64,000 nucleotides of DNA from Eledone cirrhosa. Its lineage: Eukaryota. The DNA lies in NCBI GenBank assembly GCA_964016885.1, contig OZ024743.1:152086001-152150000 (forward strand), in the 5' to 3' direction. Shown here piece by piece: positions 41,926 through 55,543 of this stretch (the stretch's first letter is position 1; the number at the start of each line of letters is the position of its first letter). A program made the translations under genes and the position numbers. The notes below the pieces were generated by a model. It was not told the origin of the DNA. It made no database searches and saw only the letters and a program-made list of their open reading frames with translations.

Positions 41926-42695
41926 ATATATATATATATATACATACCATCGTCACACATAGATATAAAACACATGCAATCACACATAGATACAAAGATA
42001 TATATATAGTTGTAACAATTATGTATGCATCATAAAAATTCAGCGAATATATACAGATTCCCAATGGACATTTTGGATATAAATTTTTCTAAGTGAAGAT
42101 ATCATTTATTACAATACAATGACAAATTAAGTTTTCTTTCCTTTTTTTATAAACAAAATTTCCTTTGAAATCTAAAGCAAATATATCTCTGTTGTCCTGA
42201 CATCTACCTCAGAAGTTAAATGCCACTAAGTTTAATGAATAATGAAAACATGAGAATTACAAATGGTCTGAGATAATCATTTATATCATGTTAATAAATA
42301 TCAAAGAGAGTATGAAATATTTGAATAAATTGTAGTGGATTTTTTACATTAAACCTGTGAAACTTAATAGTAATATCTTCATTATGATAATGTAATGTCT
42401 TTGCCTATAATTAATTGTCTGTGACCATTATTTTAAAGTTTCTTTTCTACTGTTTAGTCAGGAAGGAAGAGCAATTGTCCATGACCCTCTTGATGCCTGT
42501 GCTGCAGTGGGAGGGAGAGAACAAATTGGAGATAGAGCTAAATGCCTGTGACAGCGTGAACTCTTTTAAAGACACTTAAGGGAATTTTGTCCTACATTCT
42601 CATGACTGCCAGTCCACCACATATAAAGTGTCTATATTTAAATTTTAAACTTTCCATCATAATTTTTAGTGAATTCTAAATACCTGTATAATAAT

Positions 42696-42880
42696 TGTTT
42701 CTACTTTAGGCACAAGGCCAGCAATTACCCAGTGCATTACTGGTACTTTATTTTATCGACCTCGTAAGGATGAAAGGCTAAGTCAACCTCGGCAGGATTT
42801 GAACTCAGATCGTAAAGGGACGTAACTATGCTGGACAGCATGGCGTCCGACTCTCTACCGATACTGCCAATCTACCGCCC
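42696..42880 (-). mobile_element. SINE family A, full length
   Basis: Reverse complement of 26169-26353. TSD aatacctgtataataat (42679-42695, 42886-42902). Confidence 0.93.
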
Positions 42881-44684
42881 TGTATAATACCTGTATAATA
42901 ATACAGAAGTTGGTTATTTCGATAAACTTGTCTAAATTCATGTAAATCTCCTACTTCAAAATGGCAAGGTGTAATTTGAGGGAGATTTGACTACTATTTA
43001 CCAGAAGTCGAGCAATCACATAGAATGTCACTTGGATCAACATACAAGAAAACATACACCCACACAAAACATATAGAAGTTGTGTCCATATAAGTAGGAA
43101 AATGTATGTAAATTCTGTAATAACAAGTAAATTATATGAGGTGCAGTCCTTAAACTATACATGCTAATCACTGCATATATAAGTACAAAATGTCTTGATA
43201 TCATCATCATTCTAGACCTTCAGATCGCTGATATTACATTTTTTTCTATTCAGGAAATATATTTTCTGATTTCAAGATTTTCCAATCATTTTATTATTTA
43301 TACACTTGGCAGAATCCAAATAACAAGGATTTCAATGAACTAAAAGTGTTGTTGGCTTAATACTTGATGCTAAAATGCAACATTTCCATAATTGATTATA
43401 TTCATGTTGAAACAATGATATTTCTGGATTCTAATTTGAAACGCTGACACCTTAATGGCAAATGCATGGAATTATACTCATTATTCATTAATTCTCAGTG
43501 AAGTTTGGAAAGAGACTCATAACAAAATGTAATCATTAATTTCTCATCTGGCATGACAAAATATTATCTGGACGTCAGTTTACAGCACAGTCATATATGA
43601 GCTCATTAGCTGCACACAGTTAAATGTGAACCATCAGACTCATTTAAATCATGCTAACATGGAATCACAGAGGGAATGTAATAATTACATTATGCACCTA
43701 TATTTTTCTTTGTATATTTTGCTAACTGAACAAAAAATCAGATGATTTGCCGTAATCTTTAAGAACCTGAGAATCATCTCTTGAGATGTTATTAATATTT
43801 TCATTAAATTACATTTATGAAATGGGACAATAACCACGGCTGAAGTAACCTTCATAGGAAACTTCCCATATTAGCTACATTAATATTAGTAGTAATCGAG
43901 TAAGAGAAATCCGTATTAAAACTCTGCAACATAACTAAACTGTGTCATGAAACCTCTCAATTAATAGCAGTTTATGAACATCTAATAACAGGATTAAGTA
44001 ATGTATGAAATGAATCAAAAGTAGAATATGACTGCATAAAGAAGCATTGAATTAAACATTAAAATGTTTAGTAAATTTTATAAGATAGTTAAAAACTCAT
44101 AGCCAATAGTGGAGGAAATAAGAAGAATATCAATTATATAGAAACATTGTGTGTGTATGAGAGAGAGAGGGGGTGAGATTACCAGCATGTGATTTATAAT
44201 ATACTCTAGTCAGTTTAATTATTCAACATAATAATATTGCTCTCTAAATAAATAAACACTTTTATAAATTTTAATGAGAATTTTTCTAATCAATTATATA
44301 TAATATTATTAAAATCTGTTTCTGAGATATAACATTCAATTTCTACTGGTTTTGCATTTACACTTAGTTTTATTATACTGATATTAATTATGTAGTTTAT
44401 AAATGTAAATAATTATAATAATACACATAACAAGTATTTCAAAGTTTGATGCTTTTTCGTATTTTAACTAATGCACTGCAAATAAAGGATGACAATTTTA
44501 AGATAGACTGATGAAGGAAAACCTAGTAAAATATTTTATCTAAAAATACACTGATAATAGTTTTCATGGAATTTTAACACATCCATTATTGACACATGAA
44601 GAAAATGTTTAATTTTAATTTATCCTTCTGCACATGTAGGAGTTATAAATAAATTCTCAACAAAATGTTCTCTTTTATTTACAA

Positions 44685-45603
44685 CTAGTAGTGGTACCCG
44701 GCGTTGCACGGGATAAGGTATTTTGGAAGGCGGGCCACCAACAGACCTAATCGTGGAAAAACTGCATGCCTGGACAATATGTAAAGAAAATAAACCGAAT
44801 ACTCTGATGGCTGGATAATCTTTAAGATTTTCCTCGATGAAGCAGGTAAAATGCAGGTTTTCACCTAATGCGGGCGCTAGGGGATCAAGAAAATGAATTT
44901 TTTTTATGTGCATGTCTTGAAATTTCAGGAAAATCAGCTAGACGTAACACCTCCAGATAGCCCTAAAAAGCTGAAAAAAATGAAGTTTTTCACCTAATGC
45001 AGGCCCTAGGCCATAAAAAAGTTGGATTTTCTTTGCTCACGGTATGAAGAAGAGACTGACTAATACAGAGTTACAATTTCAAGGAAATCGGTCTGATGTA
45101 ACGCCTCAAAAAATACATAAAAAGCTTTAAAAACGCAGTTTTTCACCTAATGCGGGCCCTAGGAGATCAAAAAGCTAAATTTTTTTATGTGCATAACACT
45201 CCCGGAAACAAGTTATACACATGTAAAGTTTGAAAAAATCGGTTGGGTGCTTCACGAGTTTTAGGGATTCAAACTCACAGACACACACACAGAGACAGAC
45301 ATCCTCAGGGAAGTGATGTAATGCAGACAGCCAGACATACAGACAGATATTATAAGGGCGCGACGTTATATGTATGTATCTATCTAAAAAGAGAAAGACT
45401 AAGAATTATAGAGAGAGATCGCTAAATCGTCTAATGTGGTCCCTAGGGCATTGAAAATTTGAATTTTCTTTGCTCAGAACACTCCTTGAAACATAAGTAT
45501 TACATGTGTAAAGTTTGAAAACAGTCGGTTGAGTGGTTATCGAGTTTTAGGGATTCAAACTCACACACACACAGACATACATACTCAGTTTTATATATAT
45601 AGA
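44685..45603 (-). mobile_element. Non-autonomous Helitron
   Basis: Minus strand reads A|TCTATATATATAAAA...CCCGTGCAACGCCGGG hairpin...CTAG|T. No TSD. Internal repeats ttttcacctaatgc(g/a)ggc x3 and a duplicated ~100-bp block. Confidence 0.88.
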
Positions 45604-46324
45604 TGAAACTAACTAAACCAGGCAAAATAAGAAACACTGTATTTGTTTCCAGCAGCTCCATCTTTAAAAATAATTTCAACTTAAGAGTAGAATAAATTTT
45701 AAAAGATGCATAAATATAAAAGAAATGACGGTACAGTAAATAGTTTTAAAACTCTGTGGTTTTTATGGACTACAGAAATCTATTGTGCAGCATTAAATAG
45801 TTCCATAAAACCTGGTACATATTGCAAAGTCAACTAAATTAAAGTCACTTTTATATAAATCTTTAAAAGTGTAACACCATACATAGTTTACATGATCCTT
45901 CTCAATTTACATGATAAGCTAATGCAAGACGTTTTTTTCCTATTTAAAATGTCACACAACATGCACATAACAAATGTACTTATAGACCAACTGCTGCCAT
46001 TCTCCAACAGCGAGATAGAAACCATCTTGTTCTTCATTAGAACTCTTTTCATTTATGGTACTGAGATTCTTTTAAAACTTAAATAAAAAAAATATATAAT
46101 TTAGAAATACACTATGATGCTTGTAAACATTGATATATGAAATATATTCTGTATGCTTTTAATGGAGGAGAGGAAAAAAATCAACACAAGTAACTATCAT
46201 TGCTGAAAATATTTTAACCATAAAATTTGTTTTCCCAAATCTTTAAGTGCTTTTTAATCACAATAAAAACAAAAAACATATATTTATATTATGATTATCA
46301 TATATATATAATGACATGATATAT

Positions 46325-46508
46325 AATTGTTTCTACTTTTGGCACAAGGCCAGTAATTATCCCAGTGCATTACTGGTACTTTATTTTATCGACCCCGTAA
46401 GGATGAAAGGCAAAGTTAACCTCGGCGGGATTTGAACTCAGATCATAAAGGGGCGTAACTCTATACGTGAAAGCATGGCGTCCGACCCTCTACCGATACT
46501 GCCAATCG
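46325..46508 (-). mobile_element. SINE family A
   Basis: Reverse-complement match to family A. Confidence 0.9.
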
Positions 46509-46699
46509 ATATAATGACACACACACATATTCGTTATTATGGCTGAGTAAAAAGACTCATTAATCCGATATAATAAAGAATATTCAAACTCTACTTTGGT
46601 CCTGAGTACTCATTCTCATGTTCATCAACATATATATACAGTATATATTCTCTTTTACTCTTTTACCTGTTCCAGCCATGCTATATATATTTTTATATA

Positions 46700-48424
46700 T
46701 CATCATCATCATCATCATCATCGTTTAACGTCTATCTTCCACGCTTGCATGGGTTTGGACGGGAGTTTTCCCACTTGAGGCAAGATTTGTTGTCCTGCTC
46801 ATATAGGACTGTCTGGCGGGTTTTCTACGGCTGGATGCCCTTCTTAACACCAACCACGTTTACAGTGTGGACTGGGAGGTTTTTACCGTGTTACCTACAT
46901 GGCCACATTACAGCGTGGACTGTGTGTTTTTTTTGTCGTGACACCTACACAACCTCATTTGTTTCGGACCTGGATGTTGTGGTACCAACATAACTTCACA
47001 TTTAGGGGGGGGGGGATAGTGGGACGGGGGTGTATTTTGTTAGAGCTGCCTACTGACTGTAGGTTTCGCTTTGTACTTAGGCAAGGCGGGTCTTCTGTAT
47101 GACTGTGTAGCACCAAAAATCTCGGTCCAGTGACATTGTCTTGGAGAGGTGTAAGTGTGTGAGGTCGGAATTTATCAAGTCGTCCTAGGTTTTTCTGGGT
47201 CTGCCTACTCCGTGCCTACCGTCTATTTTATCGCCCTGCACTTTTTTATACAGCTGTCGTCTTTCATGCGCATCACCTGACCGTACCAACGTAGTCTTCT
47301 CTCGATAAACAACATCTGATCCCTCTTATTCCTAATTTCTCCCTTAGTTCGTTTATGCTTTGCCGTTCATGTATATTACTATTGCACATCCAGCAGAGCA
47401 TGCAAGCTTCGTTTCTCTCCAGTCTGCGTATATCCTCTGCACACAATGCCCAGGTCTCACTGCCATGTAACATTGCTGTATGCCGGCATCATACAGCCTG
47501 CCTTTAATTTTTAGAGAGAACCCTTTAGCGGCCAATAGTGGTATAAGCTCTCTGAACTTTTTCCATCCCGTTCTGACTCTAGCTACTGTACTTTCAGAGC
47601 ACCCTCCCCCACTGCTGATTTTGTCACCCAGGTAATGGAAGGTGTCCACTATTTCTATAGAACCATCTGTGCAATGGAATGAGCTAATATTCTGTGGGCA
47701 CTTGCTGCTACTTATTGTACCAGAGCACCGGCCACATATAAAATCTATATTCTTAGTTAGCTTACCTGTGATCCCACTACATCTTTTATGCACCCATACT
47801 TTGCATTTGGGACATAAAATGGAGTTTCTACCTACTCCTTTCCTACACACTGAGCATGGCCATTTCCCAGATGGGACCGGTGCCCTATTTTCCTTCTTAC
47901 AAACTAGAACTTTAGTCTTAGACAAGTTAACTTTAAGGCCTTTTGATTCTAGGCCATGCTTCCATGTTTGGAATTTCTTCTCTAGTTCAGCCATTGATTC
48001 AGCTATGAGTGTTAGATGATCTGCATATAGGAGTTCCCATGGACAGCCGGTCTTGAAATCCTCTGTTATAGCCTGAAGGGCAATAATAAATAGTAGGTGG
48101 CTAAGAACGGAGCCCTGATGAACACCAACTTTTACGCTAAACTCTTCACTATATTCATTGTTAATTCTAACCTTGCTCACTGTTTCTTTATACATGGCTT
48201 GTATCGCTCTCACAAGCCATTCATCAACACCTAGTTTTCTAAGAGCCCACCAGATAATGGAACGGGGGACTCTGTCGAAGGCTTTCTCCAAGTCGACAAA
48301 AGCTAAGTAGAGGGGTTTACCTTTAGCTAGGTACTTCTCCTGTAGTTGTCGTACAATGAAAAGAGCGTCTGTGGTACTTTTACCTGACACAAGCCCGAAC
48401 TGCATTTCATCTAGATCAATTCGT

Positions 48425-48431
<7 letters not shown>
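46700..48431 (-). mobile_element. RTE LINE subfamily A2, 5'-truncated; RT pseudogene
   Basis: ORF 47353-48549 RT motifs (DLEKAFD, GVHQGSVLS, LLYADH with the catalytic DD altered), Cys/His-rich insert, (CAT)n tail. Confidence 0.95.
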
Positions 48432-48487
<56 letters not shown>

Positions 48488-48771
48488 TATATACATTTAT
48501 ATACATACATATATATATATATAGTTATATGGTTGCATGAAAAATACATACATAGGCGGTATGCCAGTTGAGCACTCGATGCTCGTGCAGAACAGAGTAT
48601 AATACTATAAGGATAAGGGACAAGAATTCAGTGTTGCATCATAACATATTTAATAACATATTACATATGTTTCACCATCGATCAGCTCAAGGCAAGGCCT
48701 ATTATAGATCGAACCTGACTCTGTGGAAGATAGACATTAAACGATGATGATGATATATATATATATATACA

Positions 48772-48866
48772 AGTCAGCAGCAACGTAGTAAGTAAGGCAA
48801 TCAAAGATATGAAGATGAGGAAGGCAACCGGTCCATCGGGTATAGCTGCCGAGATGCTGAAGGCAT
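48772..48866 (+). mobile_element. Short internal RTE fragment
   Basis: Translates VSKAIKDMKMRKATGPSGIAAEMLKA (pre-RT motif). Confidence 0.8.
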
Positions 48867-49494
48867 GATATGATTAGTATATGAATTTGTCTCCGATTCT
48901 GTGCGTTCAAATCTCTAGCTATTAGCTATCTGTGTGTATTTGTGTGTGTTGACGGGTGTACATGTGCATATGAGCTTACCAAATTACATGCTGGTGAGAT
49001 TATTCATTAAATGAAGCTGATAATTCACTCTTCTGCTTTCCCAATGACAGAATGAACAATTTGACTCAAATTAAATTAAATTGTGTAAGCAATCTTTCCA
49101 ATATTAGAGCCTGAAACATGAAACTCGGTATTGATGAGGAGAAGCTCGCTCTTTGCATAAACACACAAACACACACACATATATATATTTGACCAATCCA
49201 ATGTCATCATACTATTGCCAGTTCGAAAACATCAATACCAACTGTAATATTTCTTCCACTCAAATAATACCTTCCATGTTGAGATTTTTATATCCCATAT
49301 GCTTGCTGGATAGGGACATACACAGCTCATCTGACCTCCAGCATATCAAATGACTTCTACATCTCCAGTGGATTTTGTCTGAAGAGAACATGTTTTGGCA
49401 TATGTTATACATAAGCCTTACATCTTTGAAATACGTACAATAAAATAAATTGGCATGGTTTAAAGTAACTGTCTTTCATTTATTATTATTATTA

Positions 49495-49575
<81 letters not shown>

Positions 49576-49679
49576 AAAATATATATATATATATATATGC
49601 CATATTCAAAAGAATTACATGTAGCTATATCTAAGGTTTGATATCACTGTATGTAAAATAATTGAATGTTATTACTTAC

Positions 49680-49719
49680 TATTAGTTTGAGAGGTCAACT
49701 GAAGCTTTCTGCTCCACAC
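49680..49719 (-). other. Candidate 40-nt internal exon of an unidentified host transcript
   Basis: Minus strand ttgttttctttcttgcag|GTGTGG...CTAATA|gtaagt. One frame is open (VWSRKLQLTSQTN). No product is assignable. Confidence 0.55.
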
Positions 49720-51344
49720 CTGCAAGAAAGAAAACAATCAATTTAGGAACAAATAAAACCATATTTATCAATTGAATTAGTACTCTCTATATATTTACAT
49801 CTGCAATTAGAAGCTTTTCTACTATTTGCCAAAATATCTTTCTGATAATAATCATGAAAAAAGATTAACATTCAATTAAACCTATTTGTATTGATTTTAA
49901 AAAAGATATAATAGTAAACAATGTTTTCTCTTTTGCTTTCTAGATAAGAATACAGTAATACCATTGTAAATTGATTGTCACCGATTATGGTGTGACAATT
50001 TTTCAGAGACTAAAAGAGTTGTCACACATATTCACTAGTAAAATATCTAAAAAAAATATAAATGCTCCTCAATTAATATTATGTGAACTTTTCCATGTTC
50101 TATGAACAGAATATGTTTTAAGTTTTTTTTATTTATTTAACTGTAATTGATGTGTTTAATTTAAATGACTTGTCATATAAAGAAGTTCAGTTTCAAATTG
50201 TAGCAATCTCAACATTATATAATTGTTAGTATGCAGACTAATATCGAGCATTACCTAATGAGTATATTTATGTTTCTCTGTGGAAAACAAATACAAGATA
50301 ATAGCAATTTTCAATTTATAATTTTTGCTAACAAATTGAATTTAATTCAAATAGTTCACTCCATATATAGCTACTATGTATTTTTACTAATATGACAGTA
50401 ATATGATCAGTAAAATTACTAAGGTCAGGGGGAAATTGCAGTTGAATGATTGTTCATAAAATTTAATTTAATTTAATTCCCGTTATTCATTCTATCTATA
50501 GCCTTAATTTCTAATAATACAACCGTAATATGATGCCTTATGACAGTAATCCTAAGCAAATGATAAAATACTTACAATACAAATATTATAATCAATAATG
50601 TGAACAACAGTGTTAATCAGTAGTTTGCTGATAGCACTGTTTGGGTCATATATACAAACATAGAATGGACACATTAAATACAGTAACAAATTTAAACAAT
50701 GTAAATTTTGCAAATCAGCCTTCTGGCAATTTATGAAACATATCAGTAGCAAGCTGTTACTTATAAAATAAGTGAATCTGAGTAAAAATAAATAAATAAA
50801 TATATCTATTATAAGTTGTATGTTCTATAAATGTAGCTTTTGTTTGGCTGATTAGCTGATAAAATTAGTATTTTCTAAAATATAATCTATCATCTTTCAT
50901 AAAATAATAATTTTCAATAAGAATATTGAAGGGAAGACCAACAAATCACAAATTCTCAGCATACAAGCTCTAAACATGCTAATAGTTTTTTCAGTCAATT
51001 AATTTAAATAGGAAAAATAGTAATTATATCGCAATTGCTTCATGGAAAAGCCATTTTAGCTCATAATGTTATTGCTATTGTTCTAACACAGTCTCACAAG
51101 GTCTCAGATCAAGCAACTAGCCAATCAAGTAAAACACAGTAATTATATAATTTAGCAATTTTAATTTCTCTATAAATTTATTCAGGTGAACATTGATCTA
51201 ATTAATAAGTATTCAATTTATTAGCTAAATTTCAGTTGTAGTATAGTAGCTTAGATATAATCTATGAACTCACGACACTTTGCATAATCGTTATCTGTAC
51301 TAAATAGGAAATGGAAACTAAGCAATGTTTATTATTTGTTTATG

Positions 51345-51437
51345 GTTAACTTTGCCTTTCATCCTTATGGGGTCGATAAAATAAAGTACCAGTAATGTAC
51401 TGGGATAATTGCTGGCCTTGTGCCAAAAGTAGAAACA
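51345..51437 (+). mobile_element. SINE family A, 5'-truncated with TSD
   Basis: 14-bp TSD attatttgtttatg (51331-51344, 51438-51451). Confidence 0.9.
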
Positions 51438-53551
51438 ATTATTTGTTTATGTATGATTAAAGTACTGGGGTCAATATAATTAATTATATCCTGCTTGCAC
51501 ATTTGTTGAATTGCATTCAGAAATGAATATATTTCTAAATTAGTTAAGAATCAAACAGATTGTCTTGTGAATTTCCTACTGATATTCTGTAGCAAACAAA
51601 CAAGCCAATGAAAGAGTCTGTGCATAATCATTCAATCAGCAAGAAACAGAAACTAAATCATACCCTTCCATACTGAAAAAGAAAATATGTGGGATACTAA
51701 TATATCATATACAATGTCTGAAAATAAGAAGGGATTGTGATAGATGTAATGCCTATTATCACAGTACAAATATGGTAAAGTTTACACATATTATATAGTG
51801 AGAGTAAAAGCACTGATCAGCTTAGATTATTGATGCAATTATTTGTCAAACACTCTCAGTAGGTGTATTAATCCTTAAGAACAACAATGAGATTTAATAC
51901 AAGTAAAATTTAAATTTAAAAACATGGAGCAACAGAGATAACAGCAATAAGATCAATTGATCATAAATCTGCTTGGTACAAGTTCAGCTAGCGCTAAATC
52001 ACAAGAGCCCACAAAACTCTAATCTCAATATCTATTTTGATATCACTCTGGGTTCTACAATATTAAGCAGTTTATTTTCAAATGTTTATATTTATCTAAA
52101 GACCATTCAGCATAATTTTATGTAAGAACTTTTAAGCTATGTTCCAAACACGAGCTTAATAAAGAAAGGATTTCCAAATCCCTTCAAATTCATGATTATT
52201 TCCAGAAATAATTTAAGAATTATAGAGTATCTTTCATCAGAAATATGATAATGAAAGGGTTAACACCACCTATGTCAGTGATCATTTTAAAAAACTATTG
52301 GCAGACATAATAAATAAAATCATTATAAAAAAACAGCAAAATAGTTGAGACTTGTTATTTGAACGTTATTCACTTTAACTTCACATATACCTATTATCAA
52401 TATATATATCACACTTTGATTACAAATCTATTTTTATATACTTGTTTTCATTTACTTAATGAAAACAACTATAAAAAAACATTTCTATTTTTTATGACAG
52501 TGAATCAGAGAAGTGAACTTAAGCATGAATCCATGTTTGCATCTATACATTACATGTAACATGAAAATTAATTTCAGGGAAAATAAAACTTAACAACTTA
52601 TTTGTTACAAAATTATCCATTTGAATTCATGTTATTTTAAAGTATAAAAATTACAAAAGAGTAAAAAAGAATTTTGTGTCTCTTAATTTTCTTTTTCTTT
52701 TCTCTTTTGTGAAACAACAAAAGCAATTCAAACCAGACAAAAATGAAACTTCTATTAAAAATTACTGTCAAACCTGGTTTCTATCTTATTGGCCAAACTA
52801 TCATAACATTAAAACTTTAAACTTGCATATAATTAAATAAGGTAAAAATCTGTGATGTTTTTCTTTCTAGTCTGACATAAATTAACCGAAAAGAAGACAA
52901 TGTTTAATTGGAACAAAGCCAGTTGCTTGCTTTGTTTTTATGTTACAGCAGCAACTCCTAAACATTTGACATGAGGCCTTTTCTTTTTCCTTCCCAAACC
53001 TACAGTTATATAAAAACTAGTTAAATCAGTTTTCAGATTTGCAAATATAAATAAATAAGTAAGTAAATAAATAAATCGAAAAATGAAATAAATAAAATGA
53101 ACAAATAATAATGCACAAATATAAATTATTTGTTCAAGAATGTCTGTAAATATTACGATAGGGAAAAATAAGTTAAAGATAAAATCGTTGGTGATATCAA
53201 AAATGCCAAATCGCCAGAAGAGATTGGCCATATTTAGTAATAGATGTATTAGACATGAAAAAAAAAATAACGGAAAAAGTCTATAGTATAAATTGAAGGA
53301 AGAATGTATAGAGATGGATAAAAACTTTTCTTCAAATTGGCTGTTTTGTTTGTTTTGAATTGGGAAAATTAAGCTATACCAGATAATTGTTGAAATAGAG
53401 ATTTCTATCAACCATAAATAAATCAAGGCAGTAAAAATAGTCTTAGTAGAGTAGTTGTTGTTAGTATAGCTACTACTAATAATAACCATGCAAATGATAA
53501 TAGGGACAGAGCAACTAATGTGTACATTAGGAGGATTTCCTTTGACTGGAT

Positions 53552-53770
53552 AATAATTGTTTCTTATATAGGCAAAAGGCCAGCAATTTTGGGGAAGGGG
53601 AATGTTGATTAAATCAACCCCAGTGTGTGACTGGTACTTCATTTTATCGACCCTGTAAGGATGAAAGGCAAAGTTAACCTCGGCAGGATTTGAACTCAGA
53701 TCATAAAGGGCCGTAACTCTATGCTGCAAAGCATGGCGTCCGACATTCTCCCGATACTGCCAATACACCG
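53552..53770 (-). mobile_element. SINE family A variant with longer 3' part
   Basis: Family A head and core plus an extra segment (ggggaaggggaatgttgattaaatcaacccc). Confidence 0.88.
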
Positions 53771-53921
53771 ATGGCTGCCCCCACGTTATCGAGTATGGCC
53801 ATTGCATGATATACCATTGTTAATAATTATTAATTAATTCTATCGTGCAATGCCTGTGCGTGAAGATATTTTTAAAAGTGAGCAAATACTGTGCACTGAG
53901 CCAATCCCACTCTCTGAGCGA
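53771..53921 (-). mobile_element. Diverged relative of family C
   Basis: gcaatgcctgtgcgtgaag...agtgagcaaa...gccaatcccactctct and atggctgcc...cgagtatggcca match 61804-62082. Confidence 0.65.
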
Positions 53922-53966
53922 CACATATATATATATATATATATGTATATACATATATATATATAT

Positions 53967-54305
53967 ATGGAGGCATATGGCTTAGTGGTTAGAGCATTGG
54001 CCTTGCAATCGAAAGGTTGTGAGTTCAATTCTCAGACTGGGTGATGTGTTGTTTCCTTGAGCAAGACACTTTATTTCACATTGCTCCAGTTTACTCAGCT
54101 GTAGAAATGAGATGATAGGGACTGAGGTCCCTATTATTCCACTGCAAAGTGGTCGTGGAGGTACCACGGCAAAAAAGCACCCAGCACTCACTGTAAATGA
54201 GGTTGGTGTTAGGAAGGGCATCCAGCTGTAGAAATCAAGCCAGAATCAGTTCCCGTCCCACCCTTGCAAGCAGGGAAAAACGGACGTAAAATGATGATGA
54301 TGATG

Positions 54306-54307
<2 letters not shown>
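53967..54307 (+). mobile_element. SINE family B, full length
   Basis: Near-identical to 41220-41567. Confidence 0.93.
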
Positions 54308-54336
<29 letters not shown>

Positions 54337-54494
54337 GACATATATATATATACATACATATATATATATATATATATACATACATGTATCTATGCTTGGT
54401 TTGTGTTTTGATCAGGCTAAGTAACACACTCATTCATTTCTTGCTCTCCTCTCTCAACCTCCTTATGATCTATTGCACCATTTATGTGATAGAC

Positions 54495-54575
54495 TTTTGA
54501 TGTAATTTTTTACGATGTAATTTTTTATGATGTAATTTTTTTATGATGTAATTTTTTATGATGAAATTTTTTGTG
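54495..54575. repeat. ~14-bp minisatellite (TTTTTTATGATGTAA-like) x5
   Basis: Direct reading. Confidence 0.85.
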
Positions 54576-54801
54576 ACATATGTATCATGTATTGTGTGCC
54601 CTCCCATATTGTCTATCTTCCTTGTTCTGGTGACTAGGCTCGATGGAGCCTGCAACCTTTTATAATGTGTGTGTATATATATATATATATACACACACAT
54701 ATATATACATACATAAATATATATACATAAATATATATACATATATATACATACATATATAATATATACATATATATATATATATATACATATATATATA
54801 C

Positions 54802-54846
<45 letters not shown>

Positions 54847-55502
54847 CCTATATACATATATATATACCTATACACACACACATATATATATATATATATA
54901 CATACATATACATATATATATATATACATATATATATACATATATATACATATATACATATATATATACATATATATATGTATATATATATATATGTATA
55001 TATATTCATTTCTATTACCTCTGTATTTCACTTACTTTATTCTTAACTCTGAAGCCGATAATCATTGTTTCCTAGTTAGAATTTTAGTATACCACTTCAG
55101 TTATACCATTTACGTGGTTTTGTCTTTGCGTGCAATTGTTCTGCCCACTCCACATATGACATATTATCTTTGTTGTTTCCGTTCATTGCCTGAGAACGTC
55201 TCTATGAACCACCTAATAGAAGATTAGTCTACGACTTCTTTTATACCATAAACGTGGTTTTGTCTTAGCGTGTAATTGTTTTCCACCGCTCCAAATAATG
55301 ACGTATTATATTCGTTTTTTCCCGTTCTATGCCAGGGGGAACGTTTCCACGAACCAAAGTATCGTCTTCCTGTGTTCCTCCGGTTGCAATGTTTTTTTAA
55401 ATATTCACTTCTGAGTTCACAGATTAACTTTGTTAGTTTCAGAAGATCCCTTTAAGGGTGAAAGCAGCGATTCTTTGCTTAAACTTTAATCTGTTATATT
55501 AA

Positions 55503-55539
<37 letters not shown>

Positions 55540-55543
<4 letters not shown>

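Noticed and set aside
44508-44532. CTGATGAAGGAAAC motif
   Set aside because: No room for stem II before GAAA, so probably chance.
48655-48695. Minus-strand GAAAC-ATAT-GTA stem III-like motif
   Set aside because: The CUGANGA core is absent. At most a dead relic.
52938-53807. 289-aa minus-strand ORF
   Set aside because: Starts within family C-like and SINE-A sequence and continues through low-complexity T-rich DNA. No recognisable domain.
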